From Chrysomallon squamiferum (lineage: Eukaryota; Animalia; Mollusca), in the NCBI GenBank assembly GCA_012295275.1, contig CM022665.1, positions 37,076,001 through 37,140,000 on the forward strand: a stretch of 64,000 nt of DNA. The letters run 5' to 3'. Shown one piece after another: positions 25,101-44,263 of this stretch. Each line of letters begins with the position of its first letter. Position 1 is the first letter of the stretch. The notes beneath the pieces were generated by a model, which had not been told where the DNA came from, ran no database searches, and saw nothing but the letters and a program-made list of their open reading frames with translations. Position numbers and translations under genes: made by a program.

Positions 25101-25401
25101 GTTCCTAGAAACTAGTTGATAACACTCTGGCTCTATTAGAAATAGTATTACTAAAGAAAGGTTTTAAGTAACTTTAAAAACGTTATAAATATATTTTATC
25201 GAAATAAAGTGTTGATTGACAACACATAATACAATTATATTTCTTCTTAAACAGAAACAAGATACTGAATCAAAGTAAAGGATACTTTGCAAGAGGGTGT
25301 TCTATCCTTTTAGCTTTACTTTTAACAGAACTTTGAGTTTGTTTCATTAGTCGACGAAGATCATCTTTCGTAAGGATTTTCTTTTTCTTGGAGGATGCCA
25401 T
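19107..25401 (-). CDS. ZNF830: Zinc finger protein 830 (CCDC16), 9 coding exons
   Basis: Exons (- strand): 25401-25286, 22904-22805, 22190-22088, 21755-21734, 21530-21412, 20707-20590, 20180-20103, 19805-19729, 19260-19107 (TGA). Diagnostic motifs: DLRRLMK..IEHPLAKYNSLDKLVCTLCNCVIKNDLLWAPHLLTKQHKE (zinc finger), LPPDFFD, LPEGFFDDPKLDAKIR..DKMDEEWEQFQRAM, DRNIDEIDDQI, C-terminal acidic tract + NWRAK. One base is missing in exon 6 (see findings). Confidence 0.95.
22905..25285 (-). other. U12-type (minor spliceosome) GT-AG intron 1 of ZNF830
   Basis: The 5' splice site reads AA|GTATCCTTTAC at 25285. The branch site TTTTCCTTAAC (core 22920-22913) sits 8 nt from the intron end (CTTGCAAG|), with no polypyrimidine tract between. 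Joining restores HPLAK-YN in frame. Confidence 0.93.
23370..24490 (-). mobile_element. Decayed MULE (Mutator-like) transposase fragment inside ZNF830 intron 1
   Basis: - strand frames give FLLYDAG..RIIAFST..LGHLA, VITDFEDGVLRAV..GCFYHL (MULE CxxH motif), MDGLAFLPADEV, LVNYFDKNYVSG and VGHHHPS.WK, interrupted by stops and frameshifts. Termini were not resolved. Confidence 0.88.
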
Positions 25402-26612
25402 TTTTATTTTTTTTTATTTTTTTATTCCGCTATGAAACTGCTCGGTTCACAGTAAAACTGTGATTTGTTAAACGGTATTAGATTTGATTTCAAATTGTAT
25501 TTGTATTTGCATTTAGTGTCTTAATGTCATTTTCACACTTAAAAATAGTGTATATTAATTACATAATATTTAATAATTAAAGAACTTGAAATTTGTTTGG
25601 TTTCCATTTTACTTTCGGAAAACGATAGACATTTCCACCCGTTTTTAGATTACTGAATTTGGTTTATCACATCATTTATCCATGCGGCAAGTTAGTTAGC
25701 ATCGTAACATTTTATCAACTAAATTGAAAAACAAGGTAACAACTAAATGTCGTTGCGATTGCATTTAAGAGTGATGATTTTGATTGTAATGTAATTGTTA
25801 AACAAGAATATAGAAAACTAATTCAGTTTCAAAGTCGATTTAAAACGTTCCAAGTTCTTTGAGTGAGGTACAATTTTGAATCCAGATACTGAGATAGTGC
25901 AGATACTAGTTAGTAGTTAATATTCCGCGCGATTATATATATAGTAATATAATGGTGTATTATTTATATGCTTTTGGTTGTAAGAAGATGTTCATAGTCG
26001 TAAAATAGGATGGTGTTGGTTGGATTTTATTTTATTTATTTTTTAATTTTTTAATTTTTTTGGTGATAGAATTTAAAGCCAAAATAGCAGTTTCATGTTG
26101 ATTTATGACGTTATTTCCAAAATAAATAGTAAAAATAAATAAATAAAAAATAGTAATATCGTCTGAAACCGGACCTAAATAAATAAAATTAGGGAAAAAT
26201 AGTAAGAAGAAAATATTTAATTTATAAACAATGTACTTTTCACATGTTTTTTTAAGAGTTCTTTCTTATGCATAAATAAATCTGTTGTATGAGTGATCCA
26301 TTGATGAGTAATGATGGAATCATAGAACACAACAGAAATATTAAAATGAGGCAAAAGAGACAATAAGACTTAAAAGTTCTTCTTATTGTGCGATGTGCCC
26401 CAAACATTTTTGTATGTACTGTAGTCTGCACTTTAAAGCTAGAAAAATGTTCATATTTGTGCCTGCATGTTACTTTTGGAAAGGATGTCTTTAAATGCTG
26501 GCACATGTATTGCATTGTAATTATTATTGTTTTTATTGCATATATAGTTAATGTTTGTTAACACAGTATACATAAGATTTTTTAATGTTATTTTTTGTTT
26601 GTTTTGTTGCAG
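25402..26612. promoter_or_regulatory. Shared divergent promoter / 5'UTR region of ZNF830 and MGME1
   Basis: The start codons are head-to-head ~1.2 kb apart. CpGs are retained at ~25350-26170. A strong acceptor TTTTGTTGCAG| at 26612 implies a non-coding MGME1 first exon here (candidate donors near 25737 and 25868). Confidence 0.6.
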
Positions 26613-26625
26613 GTTATGTTAAGTG

Positions 26626-33666
<7,041 letters not shown>

Positions 33667-33705
33667 AATGGACAAAACAGGAAAAAGTGTTCAGTACTTG
33701 AGAAA

Positions 33706-35655
33706 TGGTAAACATACAATTCCACACTGGACAATTCCCCACTCCACACATTAGTATTGACATTTATAATACCACACTTATAAGACAATTTGTATTTTAT
33801 TTTATTAAACTTTAACTAACAATAATTTTCATTAGTACTGACTTATAAAACTGCTTGATTTACTTTAACCTTACACAATGGCCAATGCCCTTAAGTACAT
33901 TTGGGCCAGTTTTGCTGTTGTCAGTGCAGTTTGTGCAGCTTTGACTGAGGTTTGTGGGTGTGGGGTCTTACCCACTTTGCTGGTGGCAGGTCACATAGCA
34001 GTGCAGGGGCAACCTGGGACTGATCTTTATGTATGCTGTCAGTGGCTCTCCAGATGGTAGGGTTTGCATGTCCAACTAGCTTTACAAAGTCACTGTTCCA
34101 TCCCTTGCATAAGTTACTGGTTCTTGATCCCTCTTCAAGATTAATGGAACTGATGTTTCACATGGGTGGTGGGTATACAGGAGGAGGCATGTGATGCATC
34201 CTAAGTGGAGGGATGGATCCATCTGGAAGTTGTGGGAGCTGAATACGACAGACAACTCTGGACACATAGGTGTTGTCAAAGTAGTCCAGGAGAGGTTTGT
34301 GTCCATTAGTGAGCTCTCATAGATATGTCAGACCCTCAGGAACCTCATCCATTGGTAAAAAGGCGAGTCCATCTAGCATGGCACAGAAGAGTTTCATGTT
34401 CTCCTCTTCTCTGTATTGTTGTATCAGTGTTAGGTGATAGAAGCAGCCAGGTGTCTTGTATGGCAGTGAACAGTCTCTTGTAGGTGGATTGGTGCTTGTT
34501 CAGCAGGACTGCATGCACACAGGTCACAGTCAACTCTCCTAACAGTACATGGATCAAATACAGCTGAGTGAACAGTAGTGGTACAACATTGAATGTTCTG
34601 TCCATATACCAGGAGTCAGAACTTGCAAGGTGATGCAGGGCACTGTCAGTAGCAAACACTAACATCCTATCAGAGGAATCAACCACACTGTTATGGATGA
34701 GGAACTGTTCCTGGTCACTTCTGATTGTTCACTCTGATTGTTCATCAAGTGTGAGATCATGAAGCAAAGCAGGGTTCTTGGACATAGTCTTGACACATTC
34801 CTGTCTGAGAGAACACTTCACAGTATCAGGATTACTGAGTTCAGTATGTGCCTCTACAAGGGTCTCAGTAGTGTGTTTCACTAGCAGCTGACTCAGTGTA
34901 CCATGTTAACCTGCAACATGTTCCTTGAGTGTTGCACATAGTTTGGTCACTGCAACAGAATGCTCCTGGAGATCATAGCTATGTGGTGTGGAACTGATAA
35001 GTCCTCATCTGGAAAGATAAGAAGTAAAATGACCATTAGTAATGATATCAATTATTAAAATTAATATTTTAATGTCTTTTAATAATAATATTAAAACATC
35101 CAATATAGGAGAAAAAGAGTTAATAAATGAGTAAATATAATATTATTCCAAACTCCAATCAATCAGTCAAACATGATTATGCAATATTTACCTCAGCATC
35201 TGTAGAGAGACAGCTGAATGCATAGCAGATGGCACACTCCCCATCTGACATTCTTCCAGACATACTTCTTAGTGTACATATAGCCTTCTTGTACTAGCTT
35301 TAAACCACCACATTGGTTTTTGATGATCTCCATGGTTGAATATATGTGTAGCATGTACTGAGAATAAGTATGAACCAGGTATACTGGCCCCCTTATAAAG
35401 ATTTCATCTTGTGTGCAATTGGCAGTTAGTTAGAAGCCATTTTGTCATAGCTTCATGTGCAATTGAAAACTAGTTAGAAGCCACCTTGTTGTGGATCCTC
35501 CTCCCAAGTGCAATCAAGTTCAATTACATAATCATCTTCTCAAGTGCAATCAAAGAAATAATACATAATAAACATGTAAAAGACACTTATAAAAAATTAA
35601 GAGTGGGGAATTGGCCAAGTGGGTTATTGGCCAGTAGGGAATTGTCTTGGATTCG
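33706..35655 (-). mobile_element. Decayed FLYWCH-MULE DNA transposon (~1.95 kb) inserted ~40 bp after the MGME1 stop codon
   Basis: Imperfect TIRs built from ACAATTCCCCAC-like motifs (33706-33745 vs 35601-35655). The flanking direct repeat TGAGAAA(T) is at 33699 and 35656. ATG at 35333 gives MEIIKNQCGGLKLVQEGYMYTKK..RW (FLYWCH-like), followed by a GT-AG intron 35191-35009. MULE motifs DRMLVFAT..LHHLASSDSWYMDRTF..FTQLYLIH, LDGLAFLPMDEV and YFDNTYV follow, with deletions and frameshifts. Confidence 0.9.
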
Positions 35656-35999
35656 TGAGAAATACATGATCTGAAATAAAAAAAACATATTGTAAAGTGC
35701 TTATGAACAGAAAACAAAAACTAGAAAACTGTACACCTTCATCAGTACTGGAGAATGACATAATTACTGGAGAGTAATTACTTTGTATCAAAGTCTTGTA
35801 GCTAGAAAACTGAAAAATACTGCACCTTCAACAGCACAGGGGAATTTTGTTATTCAAGAAATGATATAGTTGTGAATGCATACAGAAAATGGAAAATATG
35901 TTATACATATTATTGTATCTGTGACACCAAGTATTGGAAAATGGTCTTGAATTTGAGCAAGTGTTCTCAAAAAAAGTTCTTCATGTTTGTTGTTTGGTA

Positions 36000-36628
36000 T
36001 TGCAGATTTTAATACATATATTTATAATCAGATGTAATTGTGTTCAGAAAGAGTAAATATTTCCAAATATGGCATTAATACTTGTTGAGCCTTGTTAAGC
36101 ATGAATATTTGTTGGTATTGAAAATTCAAATTGCAGATTTTAATACATATATTTATAATCAGATGTAATTGTGTTCAGAAAGAGTAAATGTTTCCAAATA
36201 TGGCATTAATACTTGTTAAGCCTTGTTAAACATGAATATTTGTTGGTATTGAAAATTCAAATTGCAGATTTTAATACATATATTTATAATCAGATGTAAT
36301 TGTGTTCAGAAAGAGTAAATGTTTCCAAATATGGCATTAATACTTGTTAAGCCTTGTTAAGCATGAATGTTTGTTGGTATTGAAAATTCAAATTGCAGAT
36401 TTTAATACATGTATTTATGATCAGATGTAATTGTGTTCAGAAAGAGTAAATGTTTCCAAATATGGCATTAATACTTGTTAAGCTTGTTAAGCCTTGTTAT
36501 GCATTAATATTTGTTAGTACTGAAGAATTCAAATTGCAGATTTTAAAACATGTATTTATGATCAAACCTAATTGTGTTCAGAAAAAGTGAATGTTTCCAA
36601 ATATTGTGGCATTAGTATTTGTTAAACC
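36000..36628. repeat. 131-bp tandem repeat (minisatellite), ~4.7 copies
   Basis: The unit start TTGCAGATTTTAATACAT recurs at 36000, 36131, 36262, 36393 and, slightly diverged, at 36534. AATAAA follows at 36668. Confidence 0.97.
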
Positions 36629-38879
36629 CAAGAAGAAATCTGCACATATGATTTTATTGTTTTTAGAAATAAAATGTTTTTATTAACTAAATATATCTTT
36701 GTGGTTATTTACTTGTCATAAATGGATAGAAATAAAGCCTAGCACATAAAAAACTTGATAGGTGGGGAAAGAAGCAGATAGGTTGAAAGATTTATAACAA
36801 ATGGTTGCTCTACCTTTTTTTGTTTCATTTTTTTTTTTTTTTTTTACCTAACTTCTTTTGAATACCTGTTTTCAAGAGTCATTTGTAACAGATCTCACTG
36901 CAAATGCTTAATGACTGCATTTATCACCAATATTTATTTTTTCATTCTTCTCTGAAGCTTATAAAATCACCATAAAAAAGCAATAATTACCCCAAAATAT
37001 TGTTGAAAATCAGCATATATTAAAAGACATCTGCAGTTACAGTGGATACTGACAGTCATGGTATTATTTTACTGCACTTATTTATTGTTACTGTTTTGTT
37101 GTTGTTTTTTCAAATTTAAGACACCTGTGAATGTACTTTTAAATGCAGGCGATGGGTTTTTTTGTTTGTTTTTTCATTTTGAAAGTACATATCAAATGAT
37201 TTAAATACTTTAAGTTTAGTTTTAAAAACCTAATACTGCCTGTCTGAAGCAGGTTTCAGTTTTGTTTTTGTAACAGGTGTTTGTAAAGTAACTGCATTTG
37301 TATCATCTGGAAATGTGTGAATCTTATTTAATCACATTAATAACGGTTATTAAAATCTCGTATAAGCCAGTTTCTACTTGGTTACTATATGAACAGATCA
37401 GTGACTTCAGCAGATTAAAATAATGTTTGTGTTTTTAATGAAAATAAAATAATGCTTTTCAGTCTTAACTTTGGAAACTTAATTTCAGTTGGTGAGAATT
37501 TAAAATGATCTGCGCATTCTCTCCAACAAGAACAATTCTTCTTCTTTCCTTATTATTTATTTATTTAGTTAAAAAAAAAAAAAAAAAAAAACAACATATA
37601 CCCAACACCAACAAACAAAACAATAACAGGATCCTTCGGTCTACTTCCGGTTGTTGTCGGAGTTCATCAATCGGGATTTCCCTATTAAATACAGTACAGA
37701 GCGTTTAATGTATCTGTTGGTAATTAATCTACAAAGTACAGAGACCAAAATATTACGACAGTCAACGATCTCAGTCATGGTATTAGACAGTCCAAAGTTA
37801 TATTATACTGAAAAACGATTTTAATAAACGTCATATTGTACAAATATTCATCAAGTAATTCTTATGATCGGTCTTGAAAAGTTTAGCAGCATGAAATGTC
37901 GAGAAATTAAATTAAAAAAATAACAGGATTTGAGAACTAAATATTATTTTCACTGCCATTACCCGAGATTCTTGTTACACCACTTTCAAACGGAGATAAA
38001 AGGAAACTTGACATCAAACAAGAACATCAACACCCAAGAGATTCGTAAAATCTTAATTTTAGACGAGGAATTTTTATATTTATTTCGGTTGGAACTCTTC
38101 ATTGAGATCGTATTGGTGAAGTCTGGATGTTCTGTTTCAGACGGGAATTTAATTTGGTATCGCGCACGATTGTTATCGCACTTTCACAAACTTATCAGTT
38201 ATTGGTAGTCCCCCAGAGAGCAGAGCAACAAGTGTGGGTTGCGTTCGAATGTCGAATCCGGAACAGTTCCAGCTTTGCTTATCTTCCAAAGCTTGCTCAT
38301 CTACTTTGACACATCATATTTTTTTTCTTCTTCTTCTTCTTCTTCTTCTTCTTTTTAAATTGTTAAGAAATTGTTCTGGCATTTTAACAAATAATGATAT
38401 ATACAACACGAACAACAACAACAACAACATAAAATGAATAAAAAACAATATATGAGACAGAGAAAAAAACATCAACAGTTTCAGCAAACTTTCAGTATAA
38501 CCATACTGGTTATCTGAAATTTACTTAATGATAAAATTAAATTCTGAAATCATAAAAACGCTTGTGCTTGAGGAACCTTTCACTGAGTTATTTCTTATTC
38601 CTGCGTAAGCCCATATGCCTGATACATAAGGCGTAAAAGATCTTTAACTATTAATAGTCATTGTTATTATTTTAAGTTTATATTGTTGTTGTTGTTATTA
38701 TTATTTTTATTTTTAAGTAAAAAAAAAAAAAAAAAAAAAACACTCGAGTAATATAATTCAACAATAATCTCGCCTCATTCTTGTTACTACCTCCAGCCAT
38801 AGGTGGATTGTAAAGTGAAAATTAAACTAATTACTTTATAATGATTTAAAGCAGAAGTTACTAACATTTAAAATTCCAT

Positions 38880-38883
<4 letters not shown>

Positions 38884-38941
<58 letters not shown>
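38884..38941. repeat. (CT)n microsatellite
   Basis: Directly visible. Confidence 0.97.
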
Positions 38942-38946
<5 letters not shown>

Positions 38947-41897
38947 TACATCTATGACGTGTATGCAGTTTGCAATGCATTGGTGTGCGTGTGTTTTTGT
39001 GTATTTGTGCGAAAGAGGGAGAAGCTCTCACAAACAGACGGAGAAAGAGGAGAGTGGGAGATAAAGAGAGATAAAGCATGATCATTCGTTGTATTTTAGT
39101 GGTATAACTAGCACACTTAAGTACTTGATGTAACTAAACGATATGATATGTTTGTCAAACCTGGTTTGACACATACCTTTACCGACCTTACCATGACACT
39201 CAGTTTGATATTACCTTAAAAATCCCCGCACCCTTGACTCAAATGTCAGATATATGTCGGGTCGAGATGCAGAAACCTTCCTTCGCAGTTGCGTGCGTTT
39301 CTTACTTAATGGTTTCTTTTACTTACTTTTATGCATCCAATTTGTTTATCTGTGACCTATTTCGAGGTCATGCCGGATCACATTATTTTTCAATGGTGCT
39401 ACTTTTGTGGCCATACATCAGTTCTATTTAAATAACAAGAGACGAGGGTTGCCGAGGTTAATAAAATAATCGCTGACTTTTCAAAGTAGATTCAGAAATC
39501 ATTTAAATGCCAAGAAATGTGGGTTGCAGAGGTTAATAAAATAAGAGCTGTCGTTTGGAAAGTATATTGCAAAGTGTTATTTACTAGTAACCCGGTCTTG
39601 TAATTTCAGCAGTAATTTTACACAGCCAGCTTACCGAGGCTTTTTAAATTAAATAATTAAAATATTTTATACGTAATACTTTGTTAAGATGATATCCAGT
39701 TAGCATGCTGCAACAACATTCCACATATTTTTAAATTAACAAGATGACATGGCGGTGTCAGCATATGACTTCACAGTTCTAAAAAAAAGACGAATTTCAG
39801 TGTTGTTCCACAGTCGTAGTAAACAGTATTTTTTATTTTCTTTCAAATTAATTATTATCATACTTCAGTTGTCAGAATTCATTGAATCAAAGGCGAAATC
39901 TTGACTCCGTAACAGAGTTTAAGCTTTGATGGGTCGAACGTCTCGATGGTGCTAAGGATCTATTTTCCGATCTAACTAGTGGTTCTCGATGTCTTTATCA
40001 AACGCTATGATTTAAGCTTTTATTTTTATTTTCACAGATATCTTCATACACTAAGTAATCTAGAAACAAAGAGAATGAGGATGCAAAAGATTCCGTGACA
40101 TTTTGAATAAAATATAGTCCATTGTGTAATGAAAATTGGTGATATGTTATGTTATCATTTAAATATATATATAGAGATAATTATGATGATGAAAAATGAC
40201 TGACATGTAATTTTTGTTAATATTAAAAAATGTCTTGCTGTTGTTACGACCATTCACTAATGTTACAGAATTATCAGTAAACGAACAACATTCTAGCTTA
40301 TTTATAACTCACTACTTCTTACAGTTTTATCGAAAGAGTTTCTCTGGTTAAAACATGCTGGTTTCTCTACGTCTCTCACATAACTGTTTCTGCGTAATCT
40401 TCTCTCATTTTTATTATCAGCTTTTCCCGAGGGATGTTTAAAAATCCAATTAATGTCAAATAATTTATTTTAATTTTTATGATTGCTAGGTTGTGGGAGG
40501 TATGGAACCCATCTCCCTTCAGTGATAATTTCTGGAGGAGAACTGAATCATCACAAATACCACGTGTATGATATTATGCAGATGACCATTACACGGGATA
40601 ATGGTAACGCGTTTCTGTCGCTTGTTTTCCTCACATGTGTAACGTATCTGTGATTGGAGACAAATAAAAGAAACCATATTTCACGACTGTATGCATCAAG
40701 TCACGATGTCCTTTGTAACGTGGAGATGAATTATCCAATTTATCTCGCCCTTCTCGTCATGCTTTGCGTAATAAAACCATCAGAAGCCCGTTATCTCGCA
40801 CAAAACCTTCAGAAACGTTATTCGTAGTTGTAATCCTGAGTATTCTGCCTGGTTTAGAGCTAACGACTGCAACTGTCCCAGATTAGCTACCTCGATATAC
40901 ATACACAGAAAACGCATACATACAGACACACAGATAGAAACTGTTTTAACAGATGCATATACTTAAGTTTTTTTTTTTTTTTTTTTTTTATTCATAAGAG
41001 TAGACTAGAATTAATTTAAATCATAAACAAGTTGTTAAAGCATTTGTTGGTCAGTGTTCTATGAATAAGCAGAAACAGTTCTATCGTTTATTAATAACTA
41101 AGAAAGCTTTTATGAAAACGGACACGTGTCTTTTGTTTTTTACAGCAGCAGCATGGGTAGTTGTGGTGATAGCAGCAGTAGTAGTAACCGAAGTAACTTC
41201 AACCAAAATGATTATGACAACGATGAACATAATAAAATACTATGTACAATAACAGCAATAATAGATTGATAAATCACGGTTAATTCAGGTCTGAACAGAT
41301 TTATTTCCTTTCTTAAAACATATTATTTCTTCTGTATAAAATCAACCAGTGAAACTAAAATGTTACCTGAATATTTTGAACAGAAACTAAAGTTAGACAA
41401 ATAAAATGACCGAAATGCTTTATGGTTTTTTTTTTTTTTTTTTATTTTTATTTTTTTTTTATTTATTTAATACTCAAATCCATCATGATAAATATTGAGT
41501 TCATATATTGTCAGGATGCAATATTTATATCTGTTATATAGACATGAGTTCATATCATATTGTGGGAACGTATGTTTAATGAATTGCCAAAGTGCAGCAT
41601 TAAATATTTCATCATTTTCGTTCCTGTTGTTCTGTAATTGTTGCTGGAAGAGAAGTAACTTGTTGTTCTGATCGTTTTCCAGCACGCCCCTCAATTAACA
41701 TTTCTTAACAACAGTATTACGATTTGTTTTCACGTTACTGCTCTTATGTTGCATGGCTTTTCTGTTTTGTGTCTCAAGGTCTGGATTCATTGTTGTTAGT
41801 TTGCTTCATTTTTTTTTTTTTCTGTTTTTTCTTTTTTTCTTTTTGGTATGCGTGTTCATCTTTTGTTTTCTTTTTCAAAAAAAAAGTGTTTTGATTT

Positions 41898-41900
<3 letters not shown>

Positions 41901-41952
<52 letters not shown>

Positions 41953-41971
41953 AGAGAGAGAGAGAGAGAGA
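41901..41971. repeat. (GA)n microsatellite
   Basis: Directly visible. Confidence 0.97.
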
Positions 41972-42626
41972 CATAAATAGACTGAGAAAAAGAGAATAAG
42001 AGGAGAGAGGGGTCACATTTCAGTTAGAATTTTGTTTCCACTAATCGCCAAACAAAGTTGTTTTGTTTTTCCTTTCTTTCTTCTTTTTCTTTTTACAGAT
42101 ATTCAGAAGAACTATCTTCAAAAGCTACATTCATTCATTAATTAATCTACAAACGTAGAGGGCACTAGGTGAACGTTATTGTCCCTCATAAATAATCGAC
42201 TTATGCTGTCAAAAACCTTTACTTTTCCTACTGTTTCATTAACAAACAAATAGCTTTATGTCTAAAAGAAGATATTAACATAAAACATAGATATCAGTCG
42301 CCACGGGCACTATCACATTTAAAGCATTCTCTGGCTGACCACAAACATTATGAATTTACGAATGGCAACAGCGGTCAGCTAAATAATATGTGGTTAACCT
42401 TTAGTGTCCGGCAGACTGCTAGTCGTGGCATGTGGTCAGTTTATAATGACATATTTACATTGCTAATGGCAGTAACAAATGCCATGACTTGCACTACTGT
42501 TTATGACAGACGTGTCCTTTTTTTAACTTTATGTTTAATACCGAACTCAAATAAACTCTCGAGAATTTAGTGAATTCTTTAAGACTGTAATAAATCTACG
42601 ACAAAATGATTTTATTTATTTTATCA

Positions 42627-42661
<35 letters not shown>

Positions 42662-42949
42662 TATTACTACTATGAGTATTATCTGAAATAACAGTTATTT
42701 GGTAGTGCTAAAATTGGTTGTATAAAAATGAGACAGATGCCATTACCCCCTACGCTACCTCTGACGTAGAAAATAATTATTTTTTTATTTTTTATTTTAT
42801 TTTTTTGTTCCCCTTTTAATTTAATCTTATACAATTTTTCGTAAAAAAAAAAAAAAAAAAAATCCTGTTTGTATTATCTCCGCTGGATTACAATCGGTTA
42901 ATCTTTCTGAAAATATCCCATAAAATTTTTATTTTATAATTTTATTTTT

Positions 42950-43008
42950 GTAATATTATTTTATTTATTTATTTATTTATTTATTATTTTTAAACATCAT
43001 CATCATCA

Positions 43009-43064
<56 letters not shown>

Positions 43065-43075
43065 TTTTTTTTTTT
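42950..43075. repeat. Compound (TTTA)n/(CAT)n/(TAT)n/poly-T microsatellite
   Basis: Directly visible. Confidence 0.93.
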
Positions 43076-43520
43076 CTTTCTAAGAAAATGCTTATTTACT
43101 ATAAATTTCTTTTTTCACCCCTAATTAACATCCTAGACACACGTAATAGATTCGTCACCGCACACTGACAAAAACAGCGGACGTGAGATGTATGTGGAAC
43201 TCTATTAAACAGCAATACCATGCATGAACAGTTACTATAACCGTTACGACGACAAACCGGTAAGTCCCAGCGTATATAACCTCGGTCACTAAGACTAAAA
43301 TTCATTAATTAGCCATAATGGGAAATTCTGGACACTGAAAGTCTTGTGAGTGACATAAAGCATCTCTGTTGATTGATCATTATCAGAGTACAATCATAAA
43401 CTGATCGATTACTTTTGATCGATTTTTGAAAAATGGACAGAAAACGTCTGTTATGTGTTTACCTTAAAAGGAAGTGGAAGAAAAACATAACGAAAACGTT
43501 ATCTTAATAAATATAAGAAA

Positions 43521-43604
43521 TGTGTGTGTGTGTGGTGTGAATGGATCTATTTTTGTATGTATGTATGTATGTATGTATGTATTTATGTATGTGTGTGTGT
43601 GTGT

Positions 43605-43644
<40 letters not shown>

Positions 43645-43645
43645 A

Positions 43646-43688
<43 letters not shown>

Positions 43689-43692
43689 GTAC
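43521..43692. repeat. Compound (TG)n/(TATG)n/(TA)n microsatellite
   Basis: Directly visible. Confidence 0.93.
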
Positions 43693-44197
43693 ACATGTAT
43701 ACATAAAAATGTCAGTTTAACAAGAACAGTGTTTTAATTACGTTACGCAGCACCCCGCTTCGCAAAAGACCCCAGTTTTAATCTTTTCATAATGGCATAA
43801 TGTATCACTTTAATCATAACCTGTCTTTTTCCCTCTAGACGTAATCACTTTCTCCACACGTATATTTTGTCTAGGGGGTCAGCGGCTGACAAACTTTAAC
43901 TGTAATTCAATACATTCTAATCAAACGTCTCGCTAATGTATCAATGGCGCTACACACGCGAGGCGATAAAGATAATTTATTTGTTTGAGGTACTCGTTCA
44001 ACCCGACAAGATCGACGCAATAACTCCCCCGTGTCCACACTCAACGTGCTAAACTACAGGAAGAAATTGCAGGTGTTGGTCAGATATTACTTTCTCTTTG
44101 ATATATGGGACAATATTGTTGCGTAAGTTAGAGCGCCATATATAGCAGTGACCGTATGTATATTGCAAAGGAGAGTTTATCATAAATCGCGGAACGT

Positions 44198-44199
<2 letters not shown>

Positions 44200-44258
<59 letters not shown>
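44200..44258. repeat. (AG)n microsatellite
   Basis: Directly visible. Confidence 0.97.

Positions 44259-44263
<5 letters not shown>

Noticed and set aside
19107-25401. ZNF830 as a pseudogene
   Set aside because: Only one 1-nt indel in a homopolymer-rich tract. All splice sites, motifs and other frames are intact.
36000-36628. Regularly spaced repeats as a CRISPR array
   Set aside because: The units are contiguous 131-bp near-identical copies with no unique spacers. The context is eukaryotic and there are no cas genes.
38090-38325. GC-richer segment ending in a T run, considered as a Pol III ncRNA (7SK, RNase P/MRP, minor snRNA) or a coding exon
   Set aside because: No convincing conserved boxes for these RNAs and no recognisable protein in any frame. 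An Infernal/Rfam scan would be needed.
40489-40603. Possible + strand exon (CGRYGTHLPSVIISGGELNHHKYHVYDIMQMTITRDN) bounded by AG/GT
   Set aside because: No recognisable homology and no phase-compatible neighbouring exons found.
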